A DNA stretch of 64,000 bases from the IMG/VR virus record IMGVR_UViG_3300028887_000002, positions 64,001 through 128,000 of that record, one strand, 5' to 3'. Within the stretch, counting starts at the first letter, position 1, and every line of letters begins with the position of its first letter. The notes under the pieces are model-generated. The model was not told the origin of the DNA. It ran no database searches and saw only the letters and a program-made list of their open reading frames with translations. Shown piece after piece: positions 23,863-33,483 of this stretch. This DNA comes from a virus (lineage: Duplodnaviria; Heunggongvirae; Uroviricota; Caudoviricetes). The translations under genes and the position numbers were made by a program.

Positions 23863-25203
23863 TTACTTGATATTTTTCTCGTATTCTACGAGTAATTTAT
23901 CAAGAAATTTTTGTCCGTCAAATCCAGCCTCCAAGAAGTTAAGAAGCATTGGGTTATACCCTGACATAAAGATATTGCCGTTTCTGTCCATTTCAGGACA
24001 AGTGATGTTACGGCTATTCAAGTTCCACCAAACAATCTTGGTTATATAACCCTTTTCTTTCCAAAGTTTTTCCAGTTCATCCTTCTTATATTTGGAACCT
24101 TCGTCAAATTCCATATCAGAAAGTATGACAAGAAATTCTGGGAGTTCATCCGTATCAAGCAAGAGTTCCATGACTTTTGCGAGGTCGGTATTGGAACAAT
24201 CACCAGTTATCATCGAACCGATTTCCTTGCTATAATTGGAGGTTCTGTCACCTATTGGCCTATCATCTGTATGATGGCATATGTGTTTGTGTTTTTCATT
24301 TCCCAATTCTATGATATGCGGGTAAGATGAAAAAGTGACCACGTGGTTGTTAAGGTATGTACTGCACTTACCAAGATAGTGACCGATAGATAAAGCCTTG
24401 CCAATTGAATCGTTTCGGTCGTACATACTTCCTGATGTATCAACTATAGGCATACAACTTATTGAAATCTTTTCCATCTGGTCAAAGACAATGTCTGCAT
24501 CAATCTTGCTGGCGTTCTTATAAATGTCGTATACGGTAGCCGTTGAGACATTCATCTTGGAAGTACCTTTCTTTACGCTATCAAGGTATTCGCTATATTT
24601 TGGGTTTATATCCTTGCGTGTATTAAAACACTTAGCATATTTTAACATTGCCAGTGACGGTATATGTTCAAACTCGATGTTTTCAACCTCGTTTCTTGAC
24701 AAAGTGTTCTCAATGGTATTGCATTTTATGAACTTACCATATGTCTGTTTATTCATGCCCCACTTTTTTGCAATTTGTCTTGCAATTAAGAGGTTTTTTG
24801 ATGCATAGCGTGGCATCCACTTCTTAATGAGTTCGTTTCCTTTTTCAATTTCAGACTTGAGGAACGAAAGAACTTCATCGGTTAGTCCGAATATAGCCAA
24901 AACATCGTCTGCGCGTCCTGATTTAACAATGCCCTCAATGTTGCACTGAGCAAGTTTCATAAGTCTTCTACCAAGGTCGCGTCTTCCTAAACCATAACGC
25001 GGGTCACGAATGAACCTTGCGAAGATTTTATCCTTTTCGGTTGTACCAATAAGGTCTTCGGTTACTTCACCCAAGTGATTCTGATAATATTCAGACAAAA
25101 ACAACAAGTTTATAAGGTTATTGTTGTTTGATACTTTGGTGTATGCAATGTCACCATTTTCAGTAGTCTTCACGTTAGCAAATGCTTCCATAATGTTTGT
25201 CAT
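23863..25203 (-). CDS. DUF2828-family helical + vWA protein (Ro60/TROVE-like architecture)
   Basis: TTENG..AY, RDPR.G.G.R, KWMPR, IPSLAM.KY, MIDAS VDTSGSM, NTDL, ILSDMEFD, IVWWNL. Confidence 0.85.
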   Translation of the reverse strand: MTNIMEAFANVKTTENGDIAYTKVSNNNNLINLLFLSEYYQNHLGEVTEDLIGTTEKDKIFARFIRDPRYGLGRRDLGRRLMKLAQCNIEGIVKSGRADDVLAIFGLTDEVLSFLKSEIEKGNELIKKWMPRYASKNLLIARQIAKKWGMNKQTYGKFIKCNTIENTLSRNEVENIEFEHIPSLAMLKYAKCFNTRKDINPKYSEYLDSVKKGTSKMNVSTATVYDIYKNASKIDADIVFDQMEKISISCMPIVDTSGSMYDRNDSIGKALSIGHYLGKCSTYLNNHVVTFSSYPHIIELGNEKHKHICHHTDDRPIGDRTSNYSKEIGSMITGDCSNTDLAKVMELLLDTDELPEFLVILSDMEFDEGSKYKKDELEKLWKEKGYITKIVWWNLNSRNITCPEMDRNGNIFMSGYNPMLLNFLEAGFDGQKFLDKLLVEYEKNIK

Positions 25204-25348
25204 ATTTTTTCCCTTTCTAAAATTTTCTATAAGTGAACGATTTGATTAACAACGGTTCTGATGGTTCATAGTTATTGTACTCCTTTGTTGGATGCAAGTT
25301 GACAATGATATTCATACTTTTTCTTTCATAGTTATTTTTTATTGGGTG

Positions 25349-25379
25349 CAAAGGTAAATCATTTTTTTGTAACTGCAAA
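25349..25379 (-). promoter_or_regulatory. Bacteroidota sigma-A type promoter
   Basis: Minus strand TTTG-N19-TACCTTTG upstream of the DUF2828 gene. Confidence 0.78.
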
Positions 25380-25955
25380 ACTTTTTTTAATTTTTTTTCG
25401 AGGTTTATATGCGCCACTCTTTTTACCATTCCTCCAATCCCAAATCGTCTTATAGTTAAAGACTTGTGGAACGGTATAGATATAATACAAACAGTCCAAA
25501 ATCTTCTTCTTCATCCATTCGGTGTTAGCGAATCTTGAATTAAATCCATATTCTATCACTACCACATCATTAACTGTATAAACTCTTGGTTGTGGTGATG
25601 TCGCCTTGTTTGACATGTCGCCCTTGAATCTTCCAATCCAAACTGAAAATCGGATGTCGGGTTTTCCATTGCCCTCGTGCTTGCGCCATGTCTCAACTTT
25701 GGAGGGGTGATTTGATAAACGTATCTTTATTGTGAAGGTCTTGTCACTTGAAACAACAACATCATAGAAACTGTTACCTTCTCCACCCATTTCCAGTGAA
25801 TCTGCTAAAAATAACAGTAGGCTGTCATCCGTTCCGTTCTCGTTGTGTTCCTGATTTCTGTAGTGCTTGATGAATTTTAGGGCATTCCATCTTTTCTTGG
25901 CAAACCATTCAACCGTTGCCTTGTCCAATCTGTCAAAATATCGTCTATTTGCCAT
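25359..25955 (-). CDS. hypothetical protein (IRLSNH motif)
   Basis: Likely start MANRRY; TATTTAT late motif at 25980-25986 on the minus strand. Confidence 0.7.
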   Translation of the reverse strand: MANRRYFDRLDKATVEWFAKKRWNALKFIKHYRNQEHNENGTDDSLLLFLADSLEMGGEGNSFYDVVVSSDKTFTIKIRLSNHPSKVETWRKHEGNGKPDIRFSVWIGRFKGDMSNKATSPQPRVYTVNDVVVIEYGFNSRFANTEWMKKKILDCLYYIYTVPQVFNYKTIWDWRNGKKSGAYKPRKKIKKSFAVTKK

Positions 25956-26009
25956 AGGCTGAAAAATATTTCTACTATTATAAATAGTTTTTCGGACGCC
26001 TATTGGAAT

Positions 26010-26042
26010 AAAAAAGGGCTGGGATTTTTGCAACTCCCAACC
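26010..26042 (-). terminator. intrinsic terminator
   Basis: GGTTGGGA...TCCCAGCC-CTTTTTT. Confidence 0.75.
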
Positions 26043-26059
26043 GTCTAATTCTGAATGAT

Positions 26060-26161
26060 GTCAACTGCTTTACTTGCTTTCGCCTCGGTTTTTATGCTTC
26101 GGACACGGCGCGTTGACTGCGCTCTCACACCATTTGGATATTAGTCCAATCTGGCTTGCGA
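26060..26161 (-). ncRNA. structured 3'-UTR / small RNA
   Basis: TCGCA..CCA..TTGGA/TCCAA..TGG.TGTGA hairpin and GTCAAC/GTTGAC domain with inner CGCC/GGCG. Confidence 0.45.
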
Positions 26162-26842
26162 CTATTTCTTTTTTGCCTTGTTCTTGCCCTTATATACCAT
26201 CTTGCATTCGTATACATTGTTGTCCGAGTCAAGGAACATGAACTTGTCGGCCAGTTGCATAACACCTAACTTTGGGGTATTGTTACCGCCGTGAGAAATA
26301 TTTTCGTTAAGAAGTACCTTTGTAATTGCAGCAAGTTTTGCATCTACGGTTTCGTCTACAATCTGACGTATTTTATCATAGTCTATTGTTCCCGTATCTT
26401 CATCAAGCGCAGGTAACATTGATTTTTTCGAATTTTCCTTCTGCTGGTCGTATTCCTCAAGTTGCTCGTTGATGCGTGATATGTTATCAATGCCTGAAAT
26501 ATTGGCAAGTCTATTGGTAAATTCATCCATCCTTGGGTCTGAAGGTGACATTTCACACGGATTCTTCAGTATGCTTTCCAATATCGCCTTCGGTACACCA
26601 CACTTGTCAAGATTCTTTGGTTTTCGACCATTCTTGATTTCTTCAAGTTCCTTGTCGGCGCTCCAACTGTCGTCATCTTTCGGTACGTATTTGCCGAATA
26701 CCATCTCGTTGAGTTCTTCCACACTACCCGTTACCATCTGTGGCGCATTTCTCTTTTGTGCTGCTGTTGCTTGAACCCCACCGCTTTTCTGTAGGTCTTT
26801 ATATAATGCTAAGGTTTCTGCTAATGATTTGCTGTCTGCCAT
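26162..26842 (-). CDS. hypothetical phage protein
   Basis: 226 aa; PKAILESILKNP segment. Confidence 0.8.
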   Translation of the reverse strand: MADSKSLAETLALYKDLQKSGGVQATAAQKRNAPQMVTGSVEELNEMVFGKYVPKDDDSWSADKELEEIKNGRKPKNLDKCGVPKAILESILKNPCEMSPSDPRMDEFTNRLANISGIDNISRINEQLEEYDQQKENSKKSMLPALDEDTGTIDYDKIRQIVDETVDAKLAAITKVLLNENISHGGNNTPKLGVMQLADKFMFLDSDNNVYECKMVYKGKNKAKKK

Positions 26843-26880
26843 AATTCTAGAATTTTTATATGTAATATAGAGGTTGAAAA

Positions 26881-27864
26881 TTATAAAACCAACTTCTTGT
26901 CAAGTTTTTCTATGCGTTCCATAAGTGAAAGGACTTTCTTGACGCTTTCGTCCATAGTCTCAGCGTTTTGGTCTACCCACTGGCCACTCATATACTCTTT
27001 TTTCTTTGCTCTCTTTTCACGAGCCAGTTGATTTTTCCTTTCCCTTTCACGTTCCTTCTTTTGTTTCTCAATGTCGTTAAGGATTTCCTCGGTATCATCG
27101 TGAACCATATTGCCAGTTTCTTCACGCTCTTTCCATCTGCGTTCCCTGTCCTTGAGATTACGGATGTCCATTTTCTCTCTGCGTTCCTTCTCCTGCCAAG
27201 CCTTTTCCATTTCAGCCTGCTTCTGTGCTTCGGCTTCTGCTTCTTGCGCTTCAACGTCTGCCCATATGTCTTTCTCTGGTTGGGTTGGTTTCGGTCCTGT
27301 CGTTGGTTCGTCCGATGGAGTTTCCTCCTTCTTAGTATCAAAAGCCTTTGAGGTTTTTAATATATCCATTGTAATTGGTGATTTCAAAAGTTCAAGGTTT
27401 GATTTGCCAACATCGAGGCTCTTTTCCGCCGAGGTCATCTTTGGATTTGTTGCATTGTCGACCTGCGGCACTTCTGCATTTTTGAATGACACAATCTTGT
27501 GAACTGTAGCCATTGTCTTGTCACCGTTAGGGTTGAATTTTCCATACTTTGGGCTTGGTGGATGATTGAACGTCTGACCAGTTTCCTTCCATGATGAAAT
27601 CCTATCGGTTCTGAAGAACTTCCAGTGGGGAACGGTTGTGGTTGTGTCGCCGTAAGGTTCAAAAGCCCTTATGACATCGTGACCATTCTTGTCCTGTCCA
27701 TAAGCATATACCTCTATCACTCTTGCGCCAGTATGTTTGTCCTCACCTTTCGAGTGGTAGTTAATGATAACCCTGTGGCGATTGTCAATGGCACTTCCGA
27801 TTTCAGTCGGACTTACTGTTGATTCTTCCAAGAGTTCTCTGAATATGTGTTCAAGCAATGTCAT
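26881..27864 (-). CDS. WYL-like (Sm/SH3 barrel) domain protein with charged C-terminal coil
   Basis: I.Y...G.R.IEVYAYG....IRA.....WKFFR.DRI..W. Confidence 0.7.
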   Translation of the reverse strand: MTLLEHIFRELLEESTVSPTEIGSAIDNRHRVIINYHSKGEDKHTGARVIEVYAYGQDKNGHDVIRAFEPYGDTTTTVPHWKFFRTDRISSWKETGQTFNHPPSPKYGKFNPNGDKTMATVHKIVSFKNAEVPQVDNATNPKMTSAEKSLDVGKSNLELLKSPITMDILKTSKAFDTKKEETPSDEPTTGPKPTQPEKDIWADVEAQEAEAEAQKQAEMEKAWQEKERREKMDIRNLKDRERRWKEREETGNMVHDDTEEILNDIEKQKKERERERKNQLAREKRAKKKEYMSGQWVDQNAETMDESVKKVLSLMERIEKLDKKLVL

Positions 27865-27870
27865 TTCTTC

Positions 27871-28236
27871 CTAAAGTGTAAATTGTCCCTCATAAAGTTC
27901 ATCATTATATTCAGGATACGGGAAATCTACATTGTATAGACTCCTAATCATAGACTGCCTCCTTGCATAGTTGTCAGTGTTGGGGGTATCTATGTTACCA
28001 TTACCAGCGTTTGAATCGATATCAGTATCGAAATTGGAATAGTATAACCCCCTCGGTTGTCTTGGGTCTGGTAGATAGAACCCGTGTCCTGGATGTCCTG
28101 TACCCTTACCTTGCCAGTCTCCGTCAGCAAGCGCATCGGGGTGGGTCGAACTATACTGGTTCGTCCTTTGGTAGTCACTACGGACTTCCATCTCGTGACG
28201 TGCGTCCATTGACCGTATTTCAAGGCAGGTCTGCAT
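27871..28236 (-). CDS. hypothetical protein, paralog B
   Basis: HPDALADGDWQGKGTGHPGH; N-terminal half nearly identical to the upstream gene. Confidence 0.8.
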   Translation of the reverse strand: MQTCLEIRSMDARHEMEVRSDYQRTNQYSSTHPDALADGDWQGKGTGHPGHGFYLPDPRQPRGLYYSNFDTDIDSNAGNGNIDTPNTDNYARRQSMIRSLYNVDFPYPEYNDELYEGQFTL

Positions 28237-28253
28237 AACTCACTAAATATGAT

Positions 28254-28703
28254 TTAGGTTCTTGCTACTGCTGAATAACCACCAACATTACCTCTTTCGG
28301 TTCTTGCCCTCATTGATGCTATTGATTCAACATACTGTCCCTCGTTAACATTTGCTGAGGTGTCAATTATATTTTCGGTGTAAGGATTTACACTGCTGTA
28401 GAGGCTTCTTGTCATCATCTGCAACCTTGCCCAGTTGTCAGTATTCGGTGTGCGTTCGTCACCGTTACCAGCATGGCTTTCGTATGCAGTATCGAAGTTC
28501 GAATAATTGAACAGTCCTGTAGGCAAAGTGCAGTCAGGCAACCAGTGCGAATGACCTGGATGTCCCGTACCTTTACCCTGCCAGTCACCGTTTGCAAGAG
28601 CATCAGGGTGGTTGGCGTTATATTGGTTGGTTCTCTGATAGTCACTGCGGATTTCCATCTCGTGACGGGCGTCCATTGACCTTATTTCCAAACAAGTGCG
28701 CAT
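28254..28703 (-). CDS. hypothetical protein, paralog A
   Basis: HPDALANGDWQGKGTGHPGH; TATTTAT at 28737-28743 (minus strand). Confidence 0.8.
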   Translation of the reverse strand: MRTCLEIRSMDARHEMEIRSDYQRTNQYNANHPDALANGDWQGKGTGHPGHSHWLPDCTLPTGLFNYSNFDTAYESHAGNGDERTPNTDNWARLQMMTRSLYSSVNPYTENIIDTSANVNEGQYVESIASMRARTERGNVGGYSAVART

Positions 28704-28760
28704 ATTGTTAAAATTTTTTGTTCTTTATTTTACCTAATAAATAGTTCGGTTTATTGTTTT

Positions 28761-30167
28761 TTATCTGATTTTGTACCAAAAGTTCTCATACAAATTCACA
28801 TCCCTCATAATTGAGAGTTTGGATTTTTTGAACCTAACGATAATCTTTCCGATTTTCTTGTATGCTATTTTCAAAGTTCTCTTCAATCTATTAATGAGAT
28901 ATTTCTTTGAAAAATTGTATTTTATTGCATATGGCTCGGCATATTTATCACCGTCAGAAGATGATAATATTTTCAATGCCTCTTCCGTATGTGAAATCAT
29001 TTGATATAAGGCTGATTCTTTTACTATCTTGTCCACCTCGTTGGGTTGTGGGTCGGATTCTTTAAGTTGTCCATATAATCCATTGAGGTAACCATCTAGT
29101 TCATAGTCAAATGAAAGATATAACCCTGTTGCCACAGTTCGTTCTTCTAATGTTTCACCATTATACATTATACCTTCAACAAAGCGATAGAAATCATCAT
29201 CTTTTCGGTCTTGAAAGTTCAACTTTGTCTTTTCCTGCTGATACAGGTATTCAACCTCGTGGAAGATAGAATCATACAAATCATTTGAAACCAAATGTCC
29301 CGAAAGGTAGCATAATGCAATATTTATAAACCTCATTCCTTTATATGAAATACTGTTTGCTGGCTTATGGGGTTTTTCTTTCTCATATTCCTCCCTACTA
29401 TTGAAATAATAGTTAAAGCAACTAACTAAAATATCACCGACTTTAAATGAGAAATTCTCTTCATCTTTATCAAATCCATGCTTCTTGATGTTTGAAAATA
29501 TTTCAAAACTAATATCCTCTACATCCTTGCTTATGGATAATTCTTCATTGATTATTGAATTTATGTTTTTTTTTATTACTTCTTCATTTAACATATTTCT
29601 TTTCAATTTTTCAGTTTGTTCTTCTGTTATATAAAAAGTCCTTCCTTCATTTACTGAACTCTTCACCTTGTTGGGTTTTGTGATTTTGAAACCAGACTCA
29701 GCAACATTCAACAGATTCTTGTTAATATCACTCATCTTAATCTTGGTTTCCTTTGGCGGTTTTACAATTCTATCCTTTGTATGTTCTTTTCTAAAAGAAT
29801 TATTTAAACCACCCATGGCCTTTGCTTGCTTGAAACCTTTTACTGTTTCAATTGCGGTATTCAAGGTATTTCTCACCCAGTTTTCCATAGGTTCGCCACC
29901 GTTAAGAATATAGTTTACAGAATCCCTGCTACCATTGTAGTTATCAAAGAAGTTCTTTATACGTTTCATTTCATTGTAGAGGATACCACCTTCGTTGTCA
30001 TTCATATTGATTATGTTGACAAGACGCTTATAACCTTCCACGGACTTGTCGCCCTTGTACTTGTCGAGGGTTTCTTTCAAATGTGCATATATGTTCTTTC
30101 CCAGTGGAAATCTTCTTCCTTTGAGTTCGCTGTTGCCGTCACCCGATTCAAACAATAAGTGTAACAT
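28761..30167 (-). CDS. two-domain late protein; C-terminal zincin-like domain with degenerate HExxH (HEVEY)
   Basis: N-domain MKRIKNFFD..LNGG..W; internal NEGRTFYITEEQ..MLNE linker; IFHEVEY..EL.GY. Confidence 0.7.
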   Translation of the reverse strand: MLHLLFESGDGNSELKGRRFPLGKNIYAHLKETLDKYKGDKSVEGYKRLVNIINMNDNEGGILYNEMKRIKNFFDNYNGSRDSVNYILNGGEPMENWVRNTLNTAIETVKGFKQAKAMGGLNNSFRKEHTKDRIVKPPKETKIKMSDINKNLLNVAESGFKITKPNKVKSSVNEGRTFYITEEQTEKLKRNMLNEEVIKKNINSIINEELSISKDVEDISFEIFSNIKKHGFDKDEENFSFKVGDILVSCFNYYFNSREEYEKEKPHKPANSISYKGMRFINIALCYLSGHLVSNDLYDSIFHEVEYLYQQEKTKLNFQDRKDDDFYRFVEGIMYNGETLEERTVATGLYLSFDYELDGYLNGLYGQLKESDPQPNEVDKIVKESALYQMISHTEEALKILSSSDGDKYAEPYAIKYNFSKKYLINRLKRTLKIAYKKIGKIIVRFKKSKLSIMRDVNLYENFWYKIR

Positions 30168-30176
30168 GAGTGTAAA

Positions 30177-30515
30177 TTAGTTTTTAGGGTTGATATTTCT
30201 ACTATTTTCAATATCCTTATTAAGTTCGTCATAGTTGCTGAATGAAACATCATCATATATATCAACACAATCATCGGCAGAGGTTGGTCTTGAAGCATAA
30301 CTGAATGAAGCATATCTTCCCCACATCTGCGGGCAAATCATATTTGCATACTGGTCGGTTGTGGACGGGTTTCCATTCTCACCTGGTTCAATATATCCAT
30401 CTGGTTTTATAAACCTCTGTCCTCCATATTCGGGCGTATCGCTTGGATTCTCCGTGTTATATATAATACCGTTCAGTTGGTCTTCCGTTATTCTGAATAT
30501 TCTTTTTGGCTTCAT
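30177..30515 (-). CDS. hypothetical late protein
   Basis: MKPKRIFRITEDQL N-terminus; divergent TATTTAT motifs at 30533-30550. Confidence 0.7.
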   Translation of the reverse strand: MKPKRIFRITEDQLNGIIYNTENPSDTPEYGGQRFIKPDGYIEPGENGNPSTTDQYANMICPQMWGRYASFSYASRPTSADDCVDIYDDVSFSNYDELNKDIENSRNINPKN

Positions 30516-30570
30516 AATTTTTTCAATTATACTATTTATATTTATAAATATAGCATAGATTTGATTTTAG

Positions 30571-32745
30571 ATGTCAAACATTCTTAACCATAACCGACTT
30601 GACTTTGATTTTGCCCTTAACAAGAGTGAATACTGGGACTTTCATCTCGCAAAGACCCGTCAGTTCCTTCCGTATATGTTCGAACTGACCGACAAGTGTC
30701 TCTTATCATACATTGATACCAACGACAAGGCTTGCTTGGTGGATGTATCTCTTTTTTCAAAGGACAAGTTTGTTTGGAATGACGCAAGGAATAATGGCTT
30801 GACTTTGGAGAATATCGGTTATACAGGTATTGATAACGGACTTATAACATATAATAAGAATGAAATATCGAACCGTCAGTTCCTTGAAATATTCGAGAAC
30901 TCCACGTATTCGATTCCGCAAGACGACTACAGATTCAAGGTAAATCCAGTGGATGGTAATAACCTTATATACGATTATGATAGTGAAATTGGTACTTTGA
31001 ACGGTATTGAGGTTGCAAAACTTAATGGCGGTTTCTATCAAGGGTTCTTCAGGACTGATGATGGTTGTGACTACAGGGTTTTGCCGTCAAGTCTTGAAAA
31101 TGGTATAACACTGGAGTTCGTATTGTGCCGTAACGACTTTGAGGTTGATTATGATGAGTGCCGTTATACCTTGAACGACAAGTATCAGGGTAACAAGGGT
31201 ATCTTCTTCTATATGGGAACCCGTGCGGAGAACAAGTGGTGGAAATACTATGATACCGATGAGAAGTTTGAAAAATCTGGCAACCATTACTTTATTGATG
31301 GATATAAGGTTGACGGGTATGAACTTGATGAAAGCACTGAAACGGATGCACAATACTTTGCATTAAGAGACAGGACTTCCTACTTTGCTGACAATTATGC
31401 TGTGGGTGATTATATTACAAGGGAATTTGACGAAAGCGAATATGACTATACCTATATAATTAATGAAGGATATTACCTTGAGGACATCACCTTTGGTAAC
31501 GGCAAACCTTTCTGGACTAAGGACGGACATTTGCTTTCACAGCCAAACATTATTGAATATAAGACCGACAACAAGTACCTTATGTTTGATAGGACTAAGG
31601 AAGGTACTACTGCAAGCACTTGGGAGGAAGGAACTATAGCGATTATCACTGATATTAAGGTTGACTTGAAGGAAAATGGGTTCTTGCTATTCAACAGGAC
31701 TAAGAAAGGTTATACAGCAAAGTCTGTCGGTGAGTTGTACGAGAAGGAATCTAAGCATTACAATGTTGTCAATGATATTATCAACAACGCTTTCGGTTTG
31801 CAGATAACTGATGATGGCCGAATTGGTTATAAATATATTGTCAGGGATTGTGAGGCTGAACTCAAATACAAGGTTGAGAGTGAATATTCCTTTGAAAATG
31901 TTGTTCCCTACGGAAGATGGTGTGTTATAGATTTAAGAATATTGCCTAATTCAATCCCTGGGATTGCTGGTTACCACGCATATAGGAAGGAAGGGCATAA
32001 AATGAGACTGATGTTATATGTAAACGGCAGACTTGTAATGGTTTCCCGTGAACTCCCGATGTTAGACCTTCGTATACTCAACGATATGTATGACAAGCAG
32101 GAGGCAGTTCCCTTCAATATCTCATTGGGTGGTGGTACACAGGGGTTATGTGATGTGGTATATGCAAATTTCAGGCAGTTACCTGAATATGCATTGCCAC
32201 TTGAAGAAGCATTTGGCGGTAGTTTCATAGGTTATTTCAAATCCTTCAAGTTCTACAACTGTCTCCTTAACTACAATGAGATAAATGAGAACTACGAATA
32301 CGAGATGAACCTTCTCCGTGGTTATGTTCCTGGATTTGACATTGACAATATTCCGATTTCGGTTGACGAGGCTAAGGAAACCCGTGAGTGTGGTAATGTA
32401 ATCAAGAAGATTGCTGTTGATGCGGGCGGCTATATACTGGATACACAAAATCTTGTATATTCAAGCGATAACGATGGCAAGGTTCTTGGCGTTGAGAACG
32501 GTGAACTTGCATGGGTAAGCAAGGGTGTAGGGAAATATAGCGGATATATTCCAGCACACATATTAATTAAGACTATTCATGCGACAACCCATAATATGGG
32601 GCGTGACATCAATGTGCAGGTATTTGAAACTGTCAATCATCAGAGACGCATGGTTCTTGCTGATACTTCGGTTAATGAGAACGGTGATGTCACAATAAGC
32701 GTGAATGTCAATCCGAACGGACTTTATTATAATATAATAGGTTGA
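30571..32745 (+). CDS. putative virion structural protein (LamG/ConA-like C-terminal part)
   Basis: First gene of the fibre cluster; LYVNG.L..IS.GGG..F.G..KSFKFY..L...EI. Confidence 0.6.
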   Translation: MSNILNHNRLDFDFALNKSEYWDFHLAKTRQFLPYMFELTDKCLLSYIDTNDKACLVDVSLFSKDKFVWNDARNNGLTLENIGYTGIDNGLITYNKNEISNRQFLEIFENSTYSIPQDDYRFKVNPVDGNNLIYDYDSEIGTLNGIEVAKLNGGFYQGFFRTDDGCDYRVLPSSLENGITLEFVLCRNDFEVDYDECRYTLNDKYQGNKGIFFYMGTRAENKWWKYYDTDEKFEKSGNHYFIDGYKVDGYELDESTETDAQYFALRDRTSYFADNYAVGDYITREFDESEYDYTYIINEGYYLEDITFGNGKPFWTKDGHLLSQPNIIEYKTDNKYLMFDRTKEGTTASTWEEGTIAIITDIKVDLKENGFLLFNRTKKGYTAKSVGELYEKESKHYNVVNDIINNAFGLQITDDGRIGYKYIVRDCEAELKYKVESEYSFENVVPYGRWCVIDLRILPNSIPGIAGYHAYRKEGHKMRLMLYVNGRLVMVSRELPMLDLRILNDMYDKQEAVPFNISLGGGTQGLCDVVYANFRQLPEYALPLEEAFGGSFIGYFKSFKFYNCLLNYNEINENYEYEMNLLRGYVPGFDIDNIPISVDEAKETRECGNVIKKIAVDAGGYILDTQNLVYSSDNDGKVLGVENGELAWVSKGVGKYSGYIPAHILIKTIHATTHNMGRDINVQVFETVNHQRRMVLADTSVNENGDVTISVNVNPNGLYYNIIG

Positions 32746-32752
32746 TTGTAAA

Positions 32753-33466
32753 ATGGTGAAAGTTCTAAGCAATACTAACATAGTCGGACAGAGCACAAGT
32801 CTTGTGTTCAAGACCTTCAAGGGCGATATAATTGGTCACTACACGATAAAGGACGATTCTATTGAAACCTTATACGATGGCATGACCCTTAGGGTAATGC
32901 TGACCAAACAACTTGACGATACTAACAATTATCTTTCAGTAATTGGTGCCAATGGTATAAAGATTGGTAACGAGACATTGATATATAAGTCCGAAAATGA
33001 AAAACTGACAAGCAAGCACTTGAAGAAAAACTCCGTTATTGATTTGACATATCTCGTTATTGACGGAAGGACTGGTTGGTTTATGGACGCAAACATACTT
33101 ACAACCCCCGAAATATCAATAGAACCTGCCAGCATAACAATCAATTCAAGGGTGACAAACCAGGGAACTATCAGGGCTATTACAAACACAACCGAACCGA
33201 ACTACACACCTACTGGTACGGTGACGATACAATTGTCCGCGCCAGTCAGTGGTGAGCAGGGTGATGTTGTTACTGAAGCATCAGCAGTTCCTTTTGTTGA
33301 CAATAATGCAAGTCCAGAGAATTTAATTTTCAAAAAAGCGGAAAAGAAACGCATTGCCGCGATATTTAAAGGTAAGGGTGTTAAGTTTGTGCATGAAGGT
33401 ACTGCGGTTACAACGACAGCCGAACCTCATACACATAGGGTTAATATGATAATTGACAATAATTAA
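32753..33466 (+). CDS. putative tail-associated protein
   Basis: Thr-rich, TPTGTV and PHTH motifs. Confidence 0.6.
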   Translation: MVKVLSNTNIVGQSTSLVFKTFKGDIIGHYTIKDDSIETLYDGMTLRVMLTKQLDDTNNYLSVIGANGIKIGNETLIYKSENEKLTSKHLKKNSVIDLTYLVIDGRTGWFMDANILTTPEISIEPASITINSRVTNQGTIRAITNTTEPNYTPTGTVTIQLSAPVSGEQGDVVTEASAVPFVDNNASPENLIFKKAEKKRIAAIFKGKGVKFVHEGTAVTTTAEPHTHRVNMIIDNN

Positions 33467-33483
33467 TAGAAAAATAATATATT

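Noticed and set aside
25217-25429. 70-aa minus-strand ORF
   Set aside because: Spans the promoter of the DUF2828 gene; at most a 32-aa peptide from ATG 25315, with no support.
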